A stretch of 39,471 nt of DNA from a virus (lineage: Duplodnaviria; Caudoviricetes): the IMG/VR virus record IMGVR_UViG_3300048855_000044, positions 1 to 39,471 of that record; one strand, written 5' to 3'. The stretch's first letter is position 1. The number at the start of each line of letters is the position of its first letter. Below are positions 10,268 through 19,387 of this stretch, piece by piece. The notes under the pieces are model-generated. The model did not search any database. It was not told where the DNA came from and saw only the letters and a list, made by a program, of their open reading frames with translations. Made by a program: the position numbers and the translations under genes.

Positions 10268-10284
10268 TTCTTGCCCCTCTTACT

Positions 10285-10307
10285 AAACGCCCCGGCGGAC
10301 CGGGGCG
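10285..10307 (-). terminator. Probable intrinsic terminator after the capsid/decoration genes
   Basis: CGCCCCGG-TCCG-CCGGGGCG followed by TTT on the minus strand. Confidence 0.55.
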
Positions 10308-10315
10308 CGCGTTGG

Positions 10316-10696
10316 TTATTCCTGGATTTCGTCTGCCTTACGTTCAGCCATGGTCTGGGCAATGACCCGTACCTTGCCTGCGGTGGCCGCAGCGTTCACG
10401 CCAGTTGGAGTAATGACCAACTGAGTGGCAGCCGGAGTAACGAAGCCGTTGATCTCCAGCTCCTGCAGGCCTGCGGTCAGCGCCAGCCCAGTGCCGTAAC
10501 GGTCCGGGTCTTCCAGATCGCCTACAGCGACGGTGCCTGCAGCAAATGCTTCAGATACGACCAGCTGCAGGCGTAGAACGGTTGTGCCCTTCTGCAATGC
10601 CAGCGCGTTGAAAGCGCCGTCAGCAAAGTCAGCCGGCACCAAGTCGTTGTAGCCAACCAGCGGCCATTGGCGCTCGTAGTGGAAATGGTTGCTCAT
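10316..10696 (-). CDS. Putative capsid decoration/cement protein
   Basis: 126 aa beta-rich protein immediately after the major capsid gene; GAGGA RBS. Confidence 0.6.
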   Translation of the reverse strand: MSNHFHYERQWPLVGYNDLVPADFADGAFNALALQKGTTVLRLQLVVSEAFAAGTVAVGDLEDPDRYGTGLALTAGLQELEINGFVTPAATQLVITPTGVNAAATAGKVRVIAQTMAERKADEIQE

Positions 10697-10743
10697 GATC
10701 GATTCCTCTTGAGGGCTGCCGAGCCGAAACCCGGCGCGCGCTT

Positions 10744-11862
10744 TTACTGGCCGCTGTTCGGCAGGTAGTGGTCCACCGCAACCACGGCAAAGTCTTCAAC
10801 CGACTTGTCGTAGATGCTGTAGAACTTGGGCTTAACGAAGCCGACGAAGCGGTCGATGGAGATACCCATCTTGGTTTCGTAGTCGAACTCCTTCTCGACC
10901 CACGGGCTGCCAGACTGCTCGATATCGGCGAAGCCCAGAGCCTGAGCGCCGAGCAGTAGCGTGCGGGTGCCATTGACGTTGCCGCCAGCGCCCCACTTCG
11001 AGCCAGGCGCTGCTCCGAGGGTGCTGTAGACCATGTTGGATTCGTGGATGATTGCGCCGTCTACGGTGACGGTTGCACCGGTGAACCATGGGTTTTGGTC
11101 GCCGCGTACACCGGCGTTGGTCAGACCGTTTTGCCACAGCGGGTCCATTTTGAGGGCTGCGAGGGTGCCGGGCTGAACCAGAAGCACGTAGTACTTCTTG
11201 CCAGCATTGGTCACCGGGCGGATGCGGTGCGTCTTGGCGTAAGCAATCAGGTCAACGATCATTTTGTATTTCGGCACGCCGGCCGACGTGATCGAGCTGT
11301 TGTCGCCTGGGATCAAATTACTGCCGTCCCAAGTCAAATACCGCTTGGCGGAGGGGGCGCTCACGTCAGCAGCAAAATCCAGACTTGGGAAGGCAGACCC
11401 GACTCGGGCGCTCCCGTCAGTGTTGAAGCTGTACGAGATCCCGGAAAGCGTGAGGATGGCCAGCTCGTCAACACGGTTGGCCAGCCAGTAAGCAAGACGA
11501 TCCTTTGCAACGTTACGGAAGCTGATAACCGAACGCTGCTCGGCCAGCTTGCCTTTGGTGCGCACCTGGTTAGAAATCAAATCGATCTTGATTTCTTGCC
11601 ACGAAGCCTGCATCTCTTCTTCGTTGCCTTCACGCCAGTTGTCACCGACGACGCCGTCGCCGACAAGGTCAGCAACCATCGACATCAGGGCTTGAGTGCC
11701 CTTCTCGGTCTGGGTCAGCTCGGTAACGTGCTGGATGATCGCGGACGGCCCGTCACCCAGAAACTTGTTGACGAACATGTCTTCGCGTGCGGCGGTCCAG
11801 GTCTTTTTGGACCAGTAGATCTTCTGCTGCGGCTGAAGAGCCGCAAAGTTGGTAACTGCCAT
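10744..11862 (-). CDS. Major capsid protein, N4-gp56/DUF4043-like
   Basis: Start reassigned to MAVTNFAALQ (ATG at 11862, GAAAGGAA RBS). LVGDGVVGDNWREGNEE and VDGAIIHE motifs; position after the scaffold gene. Confidence 0.85.
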   Translation of the reverse strand: MAVTNFAALQPQQKIYWSKKTWTAAREDMFVNKFLGDGPSAIIQHVTELTQTEKGTQALMSMVADLVGDGVVGDNWREGNEEEMQASWQEIKIDLISNQVRTKGKLAEQRSVISFRNVAKDRLAYWLANRVDELAILTLSGISYSFNTDGSARVGSAFPSLDFAADVSAPSAKRYLTWDGSNLIPGDNSSITSAGVPKYKMIVDLIAYAKTHRIRPVTNAGKKYYVLLVQPGTLAALKMDPLWQNGLTNAGVRGDQNPWFTGATVTVDGAIIHESNMVYSTLGAAPGSKWGAGGNVNGTRTLLLGAQALGFADIEQSGSPWVEKEFDYETKMGISIDRFVGFVKPKFYSIYDKSVEDFAVVAVDHYLPNSGQ

Positions 11863-12079
11863 GAGGGCGTTCCTTTCAAAGGTGGCTTTCTGTGGTTCTG
11901 GGTATGTCGCCACCCAAGCGAGGACAGGATTTTTGCGCTCCTGGGACGCTCGTCGCGGATCAGCTTTACGCCCTGGCGGCGAGTACACCGTGACTCGGTG
12001 AGCGAGCATTTGATCGATGCGGGTGTGCTTCATCCATTAGGAGAGGTGCGCGTCCGTGCGCTCAATGCCTACAGCTGCG

Positions 12080-12107
12080 ACGTTATGTGACTGGACTGCT
12101 CCGTCAA
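12080..12107 (-). promoter_or_regulatory. Late-type promoter copy 2 (TTGACG-16-TAACGT) upstream of the capsid leader
   Basis: Minus strand reads TTGACG GAGCAGTCCAGTCACA TAACGT. Confidence 0.7.
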
Positions 12108-12108
12108 C

Positions 12109-13050
12109 TCACAAAACGTCACCTGCCAGCCGGGCCTCGTCCTCTGGGGAAAGTGCGGCCATTTCCTTCGCAGTCATCTTCGAGACGTCAAGCTTCAGCG
12201 CCCGGGCGCCGACGCCTTCTGTCTTGGTCGGAATGCGTGCTTCGCGCTCAAGCCCCTTAAGCAAATCCGGCTTCGGCTCCGCCGCAGCAGCGACTACCGG
12301 CTTCGGCTCGGCGTAGCGTGGCCCCACTTTGGCGACCGCTGCAGTGATTGACTCACCCACGCTCTTGCCCTTTGTGGTGTAGAGGTTTGCCAAGGCGAGA
12401 ACCTCCTCGATGGCCTCGGCATTTGCCTGGCTACCGGATGCATCCAAAAATGGGAACTGCTCGTAGGCTTTGGCTACGGCAAGATCGCGCTCAGCGGTTG
12501 CACGCGCTAGCTCGTCACGCTCCTTGTTAGCCGCATATCGCCGGTCAGCAGCAGTCTCCGCCTGGCGAGTCGCCTCGGCACGCTCTTCCCTGCGGATCTC
12601 GGCGCGAATTTGCTTGGCCTTGGTCTGGTCGCCGTCTAGCAGTGCCGTGGCGTACAGGTCTTCGGCAGCATCGAAATCAAAGGCCGGCTCTGCGTCCGTT
12701 TTCTTCTCTTCCTTCTGCGGGGACCCGCCCTTGGCCCGCGCCAGTTCTTCTTCAAGTTCCAGCACGCGCTTGCGATGGGCCTTGGCCTCCTCGTTCACTT
12801 CATTGAAGCGCGAATGAGGTACCGTTCTCGGCTTTTCTTCACCTGCCAGCGCCGCCAAAACCTCAGGGTCGAACTGGTCATCCTCTGCAGCCTTGCCGGA
12901 TTCAGGTTTGCCAGTAGTGACAACCAAGGCGTCTTCAGGCGGGACGAAATTGTCGCCGCTCTCATCGGCCTGGTCGCCGCTTGCGCCGCTGTCGACGTTT
13001 TCATTCAGGTCAACATCGATCATTTCGTCTTGTGCTTGTGCACGTGCCAT
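12109..13050 (-). CDS. Putative scaffolding protein
   Basis: 313 aa, acidic and coiled-coil; VPHSRFNEV motif; lies between portal and capsid. Confidence 0.7.
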   Translation of the reverse strand: MARAQAQDEMIDVDLNENVDSGASGDQADESGDNFVPPEDALVVTTGKPESGKAAEDDQFDPEVLAALAGEEKPRTVPHSRFNEVNEEAKAHRKRVLELEEELARAKGGSPQKEEKKTDAEPAFDFDAAEDLYATALLDGDQTKAKQIRAEIRREERAEATRQAETAADRRYAANKERDELARATAERDLAVAKAYEQFPFLDASGSQANAEAIEEVLALANLYTTKGKSVGESITAAVAKVGPRYAEPKPVVAAAAEPKPDLLKGLEREARIPTKTEGVGARALKLDVSKMTAKEMAALSPEDEARLAGDVL

Positions 13051-13074
13051 TTTTCGCCCCCTCAGTCTTTTTGA

Positions 13075-13233
13075 TTACTTGGCGATCTTCGCCATTTCGG
13101 ACATTTTTTCTTTCGCCAGCTCTTTCACAGCAGCCATGCGTTTGGCGTCCTTCTTGATCTCTTCCGCCCGGGCTACAGTGCGCAGGTCATCTTCGGCCTG
13201 CCATTTCTTGTCGGTCATTGCATCTGCTTTCAT
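13075..13233 (-). CDS. Small hypothetical protein (52 aa)
   Basis: Below the ORF-track cutoff. MKADAMTDKKWQAEDDLRTVARAEEIKKD...; AAGGAG RBS and ATGA overlap with the portal stop. Confidence 0.7.
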   Translation of the reverse strand: MKADAMTDKKWQAEDDLRTVARAEEIKKDAKRMAAVKELAKEKMSEMAKIAK

Positions 13234-15323
13234 TCTGGTGCTCCTTCAATGCGTGGCGTTTCGATACCTGCGTTCAGGCCAACGGCCGGATTCGCGGGCG
13301 TGAGTGGATTGGTGTTGGTAGGCAGGTTGGGCGCGCTTAGAACCGTGCCCGAGTACTCAGGCACGATCGGTGCTGCGTCCTTGTCGACGTAGCCAGCGGA
13401 CATGAGCAGGGCGTCGGCCAGACTCGATGTTGCAGGCGTGGTCGCGATTGTTGCTGCGGTCTGGATAGCGGAGAACTGGGATTCCACCGACTTGGCGACG
13501 GTTTCGGCGCGCGTCTTTTCGGTCTGCGCGGCAAGCTGATCGGCTTTTGCCTGTAGCGTCGGGTCCACAGGAGGGGCCGGCTGATTCTGCATGGCCTCGA
13601 TGATTTCCTGCTTGTTCGCCAGGTTCGAGTAGCGCAATACGATCGGCCAGGGAATATTCGCGCCCTTGTCGTTCAGCTCTATTGCTTGCAGGAACTGGCT
13701 GTTCTCGAACGTGATCTGCGCTGGTGCCTCGGTGATGATGACGTCGTACTCACCAATGGTGAGATCGTTAAGGATGCGCGCGTCGGGCTGCGGCCAGTTC
13801 AGCGGCAGCTCTTCAGTAGTCTCACCGCCCATCTCGTCAGTTCCGGTAATGCGGATGATGCGCGGCTGGTCGTAGAACACCTGAATCATTTCCAGCATGC
13901 GCGTGGCCAGCATGGCGCGGGTGCGGGCGAGGTTATCCAGGGGCACGGCCAGTTGTTGCTGAGCGGCGAACTGACGCGTCTGGATGGCAATACCCGACAC
14001 CTCGTTCCCTTGATGGCCAGACATGGCCTGATTCACACCCGTGGCGTTCTCCAGTAACGCAGAGGCTCGGTCAATGATCCGGTCAAACCCGGTCGGCACT
14101 TGGTTGGGTTGAATCTTCTGCGGTCGATCAAGCGCCGCAGTGTCCTTCTTGATGACTAGGTGCAGGCCCGTTTCAGCGCCGCGATTGGACAGTTCATCGT
14201 CCCGCATGTTGGTGAGCGTGCCAGCAACGGTGATCCAGCCGCTGTTAGCTGTCGTGTTTATGATGTGCAGGAACTGGCTCATGGACTTGTTGAGCAGCTG
14301 CTGCGGCCCGATGGCGTCGTCTACCAGACCACGGGTATTGCCGCGGCGAAATGTCGGGAAAAAAGGCACGACGGTGAAATGCCGGAACGGTGACCAGTCA
14401 TCGTGCAGCACCTTGTCTTTGGTGGTGATTAGCCAGCGCACACGCTTGATGCGCCGCTCCATCTTTATCGCGCCATTTGCGACCATCGATTCCACGACTT
14501 CGGGTTTCATGTCCTCGACCAGGCGAATGTCGCCGGTGGGGGTGATAATCACGTCAGCCTTGTCCATTTGCCAAAACTGGCGATCAATTACCCGGATGCG
14601 CTGGGTTTTGTTTTCCTCGCGGGACTCGTCGATGTATTCCTCGTACAGTGAATCGTCATCGCCAAACCGGTTTCGGTCCTGCTCTATGGCGTCAACGCTG
14701 AACAGGCCTTTGTCGGTGTCCAGCTCGTCCAGCTTCTTCTCGGCCTTCGTACCGTAGAATTCCTCGATCTCGATCCGAGTCAGCATCTTGGTGACGATGA
14801 CGTCAGCCCATTCGTCCGGGTCGTAACTGTTGGCGTCCGGATCCGGGATGACGTCCATCGGATCAAGCACATCGATCTTCACTTCCCCCAAAATGGTGTC
14901 GCTGTAGCTCATCCGGCATTCGAAATATCCGCGTTGCTGGATCACTCCATCGCTAAAGACCTGAGTCTCCTTAAAGTGCAGCTGGTTGTTGTCAGCGATC
15001 TGCATGGCGAGTTTGGATAGCGTGCTTGCGGTCTCGGCATCTGCCGGCCCAGAGCGCGGCCGAAACCCGATGTCCATGCGGTTACCGATCTGGTAGCCCA
15101 CCGCCGCATTGATCTTGTTCTTGATCTGGTTGAATTCCAGCGCAGGTCGGCCGGCCTCGGCCAGGACCGCTCGATCGGCGTCACTCCACTGGCAGCCACC
15201 GCCTAGGTAGAAGTCCTCGCACAAGCGGGCCTGATCGATGTAGGTTTTATGCCCCCGGTTCGAGCCGTAGACATACCGCTGCCAGTTCTGCTGGGCTTTC
15301 TGAGATTCGGTCAGATCAGCCAT
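13230..15323 (-). CDS. Portal protein (P22/933W-like)
   Basis: 697 aa directly after terL; GRPALEFNQIK, DPDANSYD and SGIAIQTRQ motifs. Confidence 0.85.
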   Translation of the reverse strand: MADLTESQKAQQNWQRYVYGSNRGHKTYIDQARLCEDFYLGGGCQWSDADRAVLAEAGRPALEFNQIKNKINAAVGYQIGNRMDIGFRPRSGPADAETASTLSKLAMQIADNNQLHFKETQVFSDGVIQQRGYFECRMSYSDTILGEVKIDVLDPMDVIPDPDANSYDPDEWADVIVTKMLTRIEIEEFYGTKAEKKLDELDTDKGLFSVDAIEQDRNRFGDDDSLYEEYIDESREENKTQRIRVIDRQFWQMDKADVIITPTGDIRLVEDMKPEVVESMVANGAIKMERRIKRVRWLITTKDKVLHDDWSPFRHFTVVPFFPTFRRGNTRGLVDDAIGPQQLLNKSMSQFLHIINTTANSGWITVAGTLTNMRDDELSNRGAETGLHLVIKKDTAALDRPQKIQPNQVPTGFDRIIDRASALLENATGVNQAMSGHQGNEVSGIAIQTRQFAAQQQLAVPLDNLARTRAMLATRMLEMIQVFYDQPRIIRITGTDEMGGETTEELPLNWPQPDARILNDLTIGEYDVIITEAPAQITFENSQFLQAIELNDKGANIPWPIVLRYSNLANKQEIIEAMQNQPAPPVDPTLQAKADQLAAQTEKTRAETVAKSVESQFSAIQTAATIATTPATSSLADALLMSAGYVDKDAAPIVPEYSGTVLSAPNLPTNTNPLTPANPAVGLNAGIETPRIEGAPE

Positions 15324-15324
15324 G

Positions 15325-16863
15325 TCATGCGCTCATCGCAGATTTACGGGCGTTTCGGCGCATCAGTTGTGCCCTCCAGTCTTCTTTGAATTCGTCGTCG
15401 GCAGAGACTGGCTCTGCGAATGTGAGCGCCAGAGCGTCTCCGTCGTCCGGGGAGCGGCCAATGAGCTTCTTGGCGTCTTCCTTCGGCATGAGCTTGAGCT
15501 GTCCATTGCTGGTGTATTTGTCCTTGGCCACCGACGTTAGGTCGCTGTGCAACTGGTCACTGTCAGGGATGCAGGGCGTGATGTCGTCGTGGACCCACTC
15601 GGCCATCTCGCCCCACATCTCGCAGCGCTTGTTGGCGTACTTGCGGGTGTCGGATGCCGCGGAGCCGAAGTTCACTGCGGTGACGCGCTCGCCGTAGCCC
15701 AGCTCAACGAGGCGGTCGTAGATTCCAGCGCCAAGGCCGCCTATGTCGATGAACATCATGCGAATGGTCTTGTCATCCATCAGCATTCGAGCAGCCTGTC
15801 CGGCCACAGCCATGGTGTCCGGCACGTTGTTGTGCTCGATACCCCAAGCCACACGGCCTTGGCGATGAATGAAAGTAGAGGTGTCGCCGCCGCGTGCAGG
15901 GTCAAGGCCAACAACGTGGGCGCCAATACGGCGCTGGTGCTTGATCTCTTTCTTGCGCGCCAGCGAGACCTTCACGGTCTTGATCAACGGCTTGTGTCCG
16001 ACTTTCTGGAACGCCAGGTCAGGCGTGGCCGGGTATTCCTGGTTAAACCAGTCCACGTCGCCGGCGAAGTCGGTATTGATCTTGCCAGCGCGCCAAGCCA
16101 TCTGTTCCTCATCGAGACCGTAGGCCTCCATGTACTCGTAGTCTTCCTCACTCATCTCGAAGTCTTTCGGAACGGCGCGGCGGTATCCGCTTTCCACGAA
16201 CCACGGGATGAAGACGGCCATGTAGTCGGATTTGCCTGACACGGCCAGCTGCCAGAACTGATGGAACAGGTTCCCCATCCCGTTGGCGGTGGATTCGATG
16301 ATTGCTTCGCTGTCTTCAATCAGAGGCACGGTCTGCCCCAGGCCGGCCATGATCTTCTGAGCATTGGCCCAGAACGCCATTTCCGAGGCGTGCAGGTACT
16401 GAATGGTGTCGGACCGGCCCGCGCCCGGGCTTCCTGCCGTGGCTACCTTGTAGCCGCTACGGAGTTTGGCGAACGACAGCTCTGTGCCAGAGTTCGCCTT
16501 AGTGGTCGGTCGCAGTGTGTCATCGCTCAGCTCGAAGAAGGTCTTCGCCATGCCAAACAGGTTCTGCGTGGCCGAATCCAGGTGCGTGAGGATCATGGTG
16601 CGCTTGCCGAAGTTCATGCTGGTGCGCTTGTAGAAACGGGCCGCCACGTAGGTGCTGATGCCCTGCTGGCGACCCTTGAGAACGATTGCGCGTATCCAGC
16701 CAGCCAAGGACAGCTGCTCTTGCAAACGCCTGTGCAACTCCCGCTGCGCATCGTTCCAGATGAAGGACAGGATCTCGCCTTCCTTCGTGCGGATTTTGAG
16801 GTTCTTCGCGCAATACAGCTCATCGTCGGTAATGAGCTGGGAGAGCATGGCGTCGGCGGACAT
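15325..16863 (-). CDS. terL: Terminase large subunit
   Basis: Walker A KGRQQGIST, Walker B YLHASE, motif III ESTA, nuclease GLDPA and terminal SPDDGDA. Confidence 0.92.
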   Translation of the reverse strand: MSADAMLSQLITDDELYCAKNLKIRTKEGEILSFIWNDAQRELHRRLQEQLSLAGWIRAIVLKGRQQGISTYVAARFYKRTSMNFGKRTMILTHLDSATQNLFGMAKTFFELSDDTLRPTTKANSGTELSFAKLRSGYKVATAGSPGAGRSDTIQYLHASEMAFWANAQKIMAGLGQTVPLIEDSEAIIESTANGMGNLFHQFWQLAVSGKSDYMAVFIPWFVESGYRRAVPKDFEMSEEDYEYMEAYGLDEEQMAWRAGKINTDFAGDVDWFNQEYPATPDLAFQKVGHKPLIKTVKVSLARKKEIKHQRRIGAHVVGLDPARGGDTSTFIHRQGRVAWGIEHNNVPDTMAVAGQAARMLMDDKTIRMMFIDIGGLGAGIYDRLVELGYGERVTAVNFGSAASDTRKYANKRCEMWGEMAEWVHDDITPCIPDSDQLHSDLTSVAKDKYTSNGQLKLMPKEDAKKLIGRSPDDGDALALTFAEPVSADDEFKEDWRAQLMRRNARKSAMSA

Positions 16864-16866
16864 GGA

Positions 16867-17250
16867 TTACTTGGGCACCACGGAAAGCTGTTGAGCCTGA
16901 TGGAGGCGCTCTTTCAGCTCATAGCCCATCAGCGGCCAGATCTTGTTGATCGCGTTTTCCCGAGCAATCTTCTGACCCAGCTCTGCGTTGAAATTTTCAG
17001 GGCTCGCGCAAGCGGATTCGCCTGTAACGGTAAAGCCGTTCTTGAGCACGATGGTGCAGAAGGTGAGCACATCGAGGCTGCTGTGATAGGCGCTGCGCTC
17101 TTCACCCTCGGAAGCACTTACGCCGTGTACGCCATCCCCTGCTGTGAAGAAGTACACGGCGCCGATATTTGACTCAATGTCAGCCGGGGCAATGCGCGCT
17201 GCCGTGAGACCCTTTAGTTGGATTTCTTGCTCAATCGCTGAATCACTCAT
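16867..17250 (-). CDS. Gp49-family phage protein
   Basis: LKNGFTVTGESACASPENFNAELGQKIA...KIWPLMGY signature. Confidence 0.85.
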   Translation of the reverse strand: MSDSAIEQEIQLKGLTAARIAPADIESNIGAVYFFTAGDGVHGVSASEGEERSAYHSSLDVLTFCTIVLKNGFTVTGESACASPENFNAELGQKIARENAINKIWPLMGYELKERLHQAQQLSVVPK

Positions 17251-17287
17251 GCCCTGCCCCTATCTAGTGGTTTAACCGATGGGGGCG

Positions 17288-17315
17288 AGCCTATGTGACT
17301 GGAATTAGCGTGCAA
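17288..17315 (-). promoter_or_regulatory. Late-type promoter copy 3 (TTGCAC-16-TAGGCT) driving gp49-terL-portal
   Basis: Minus strand reads TTGCAC GCTAATTCCAGTCACA TAGGCT, just downstream of a terminator. Confidence 0.7.
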
Positions 17316-17323
17316 CAGACATG

Positions 17324-17350
17324 AAAAAGCCCGGCGGATTAGGCCGGGCT
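17324..17350 (-). terminator. Intrinsic terminator ending the accessory cassette
   Basis: GCCCGGC-N7-GCCGGGC followed by TTTTT on the minus strand. Confidence 0.75.
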
Positions 17351-17368
17351 GTAGGGACGCAGCAAGTG

Positions 17369-17659
17369 TTATTGAGGTCCAGCAGGTAAAGGCCCCAAAT
17401 CAACTTCGGCACCCTGTTCGCGCATACGTTCGACTACCCGAGCAAGCTCGGATTCTTCAAGAGTAAGCAGCGCCGCCATGTAGAAGTGCATGTGCATGCC
17501 CATTTCTCGCGGCTGAACCCCGCCCGTGTATTTTCGCCACTGCGCACCTTGCGCCAACCCTGTCAGGTCGGCCATCTGCGGACTGGTGAAGCCAAGGTCA
17601 TCTTTCAGGCGGGCCAAGTCGCCCGACGATGGCGGGTCGTAGTGCTTGATACGTTTCAT
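17369..17659 (-). CDS. XRE-like HTH transcriptional regulator
   Basis: LARLKDDLGFTSPQMADLTGL...WRKYTGG HTH pattern. Confidence 0.7.
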   Translation of the reverse strand: MKRIKHYDPPSSGDLARLKDDLGFTSPQMADLTGLAQGAQWRKYTGGVQPREMGMHMHFYMAALLTLEESELARVVERMREQGAEVDLGPLPAGPQ

Positions 17660-17703
17660 TGGCGTGTCCGAAAGCCCTGAAGAACTCCAGGGCTGAGCAT
17701 CAT

Positions 17704-17871
17704 TCAGAAGATGAGTCGAGTGGCGACCCAGAATACGGCCAGCGCAAAAACTGCACCGGAACCGGCGGAAACAAGCATGTTGCGGGTCTGGTGCTGAGTT
17801 CCGTTGCGGACCTCGGTGCCCAACTGCTCTAGATCCTGCCGCATCTGCTTAATGACTTGATCGTGGCTCAT
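17704..17871 (-). CDS. Small tail-anchored membrane protein (55 aa)
   Basis: Below the cutoff. MSHDQVIKQMRQDLEQLGTEVRNGTQHQTRNMLVSAGSGAVFALAVFWVATRLIF; GAGGAAG RBS; C-terminal hydrophobic helix. Confidence 0.7.
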   Translation of the reverse strand: MSHDQVIKQMRQDLEQLGTEVRNGTQHQTRNMLVSAGSGAVFALAVFWVATRLIF

Positions 17872-17992
17872 GGTCTTCCTCATTTGGGTAGCGGGTCGTG
17901 CCTAGCGCATGACCCTGTTCTGATACTTTCGCCCGAATCGATGTAAAGCTCAAGTCCCGCTTGGCGGTGGCCCCGATTGCTCGGGGCCGGTG

Positions 17993-18184
17993 TCACATCT
18001 TGTGGATGAAGGCGGCGGCGGTAACGATCACTGTAACAATCCCTCCTGCCGCTACGAACGGGTAGAACACCGTCTCCCGTTTCAGCTTGTTGGCTTCTGC
18101 GATTAGCTTTCGCGTCTCGGCTGCCAACTTATGAACCTCAGCTTGAAGTTTCTCAAGCTCCAGTTCTTCCTTCTCTCTCTGCAT
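17993..18184 (-). CDS. Small coiled-coil, tail-anchored membrane protein (63 aa)
   Basis: AAGGAGG RBS; heptad-rich N-terminus and a C-terminal TM segment. Confidence 0.75.
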   Translation of the reverse strand: MQREKEELELEKLQAEVHKLAAETRKLIAEANKLKRETVFYPFVAAGGIVTVIVTAAAFIHKM

Positions 18185-18235
18185 TCAGCCTCCTTCCGGG
18201 TTCGGGATGCACCGTGTGTGCCGCCCTTGAGATAC

Positions 18236-18264
18236 ATAATGTACCTTTTAGGTACGGATTGCAA
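18236..18264 (-). promoter_or_regulatory. Sigma70-like promoter with palindromic operator GTACCT-N3-AGGTAC
   Basis: TTGCAA-17-CATTAT on the minus strand; perfect inverted repeat at 18241-18255 covering the spacer. Confidence 0.6.
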
Positions 18265-18435
18265 GCGCTATCTGCAATTGAATCAGCTTTTCTAGCGCCA
18301 CGTTTCATCGGCTAGAGTTTCGTGGCGCGGAGCTTATTTTTCATTACTGGCTATATGCCAGACCTGAACTATTCTGCTATTCCCGACGGCATGGCCTTGC
18401 CGCATCTCATACTGGTAGCCAGTGAGGAGTAGTAG

Positions 18436-18753
18436 ATGACATTCAAATCAGACCTGAGCGGACTGAAGAAGCTGGCGGACAACGCCAAGAAACTTGACGG
18501 CACGCACAGCGTCAGGCTGCTTGATCTTTTCAACCCGAAGTTCATGGCTGCACGCACCAAGAGCAAAGACTTCGTATCGTTCTGCGAACTTGCCGGCTTC
18601 AAGGTGGAGACGGACGAAGACTTCAAGGCTATTCCGGACGATGCGTGGGAGGCTCACGTTAAAGCCAACAGCGAGTTTGCTGGCTGGGCTGAGATGCAAC
18701 AGGTCGCAGGCGCTGAATACATGAAGGACCAGCTGTTCAAGGGGATAAAGTAA
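18436..18753 (+). CDS. Hypothetical moron protein (opposite strand to the late operon)
   Basis: 105 aa; GAGGAG RBS; protein-like composition. Confidence 0.75.
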   Translation: MTFKSDLSGLKKLADNAKKLDGTHSVRLLDLFNPKFMAARTKSKDFVSFCELAGFKVETDEDFKAIPDDAWEAHVKANSEFAGWAEMQQVAGAEYMKDQLFKGIK

Positions 18754-18786
18754 GAGCGGCACGGTTATACCGAAGCTGGTGGATGA

Positions 18787-19386
18787 TCATCTGGCGTCCA
18801 TCAGCCTTGCCAAGCGTTCCTCGTAGGATTCTTCAGCCGTCGCGTCATCGATGCCGTATGCCTGGCGCTCAAGTGCGATCAGCACGCGCATAGCCTCAGC
18901 AATCTCTTTCATGATCTTGGTGCGGTTAGGCAGACTCATCATCTTGGATGCCAAGTCGAGCATGGCCGTGTCGGCGTCATCCCCATCCTTCAGTTGAGCA
19001 ATGATCTCCTGGATGGTCACGCGCTCATCCGTAGCTCCTTCCAGCTCTTCAAGCAGTTTGATTGCCAAGCGGCGAGAGCGGCTGATGTCCCGGCGATGCG
19101 CCATGCGTATATCTGCGACGACCTGAGCGTTGCCGTCGACGATCCCTTGTTCGGTTGCCAGTCGCTCCGTGGCAACTTGCTTGGCAACCTCAGCTTTGGC
19201 AACCATCGCGTCTGCCTTGGCTTTGATCTTCGCCTTGAGGTCACGCTCCCAGCCCTTTTCCTTGGCCTTCTTCTGGATCGCGGTATGGGATACGCCCTGC
19301 GACGCAGCAATCTCACGCACAGACAGCAGGCCCGCGCGGTAAAGGGTTTCGATCAGCTCCCAGTCAGGGGCGGTCTTGACGGTCAC
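18787..19386 (-). CDS. terS: Terminase small subunit
   Basis: N-terminal HTH PDWELIETLYRAGLLSVREIA...IQKKAKEKGWERDL and C-terminal LIALERQAYGI. Confidence 0.75.
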   Translation of the reverse strand: MTVKTAPDWELIETLYRAGLLSVREIAASQGVSHTAIQKKAKEKGWERDLKAKIKAKADAMVAKAEVAKQVATERLATEQGIVDGNAQVVADIRMAHRRDISRSRRLAIKLLEELEGATDERVTIQEIIAQLKDGDDADTAMLDLASKMMSLPNRTKIMKEIAEAMRVLIALERQAYGIDDATAEESYEERLARLMDAR

Positions 19387-19387
19387 T

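Noticed and set aside
11863-12033. N-terminal 57-aa extension of the capsid ORF in the track
   Set aside because: No good RBS at 12033, whereas 11862 has GAAAGGAA. The segment looks like structured leader rather than protein.
9599-17172. Long + strand ORFs (9599..10576, 11044..12090, 14140..14757, 15547..16239, 16261..17172)
   Set aside because: Antisense shadows of well-supported GC-rich structural genes; no motifs or RBSs.
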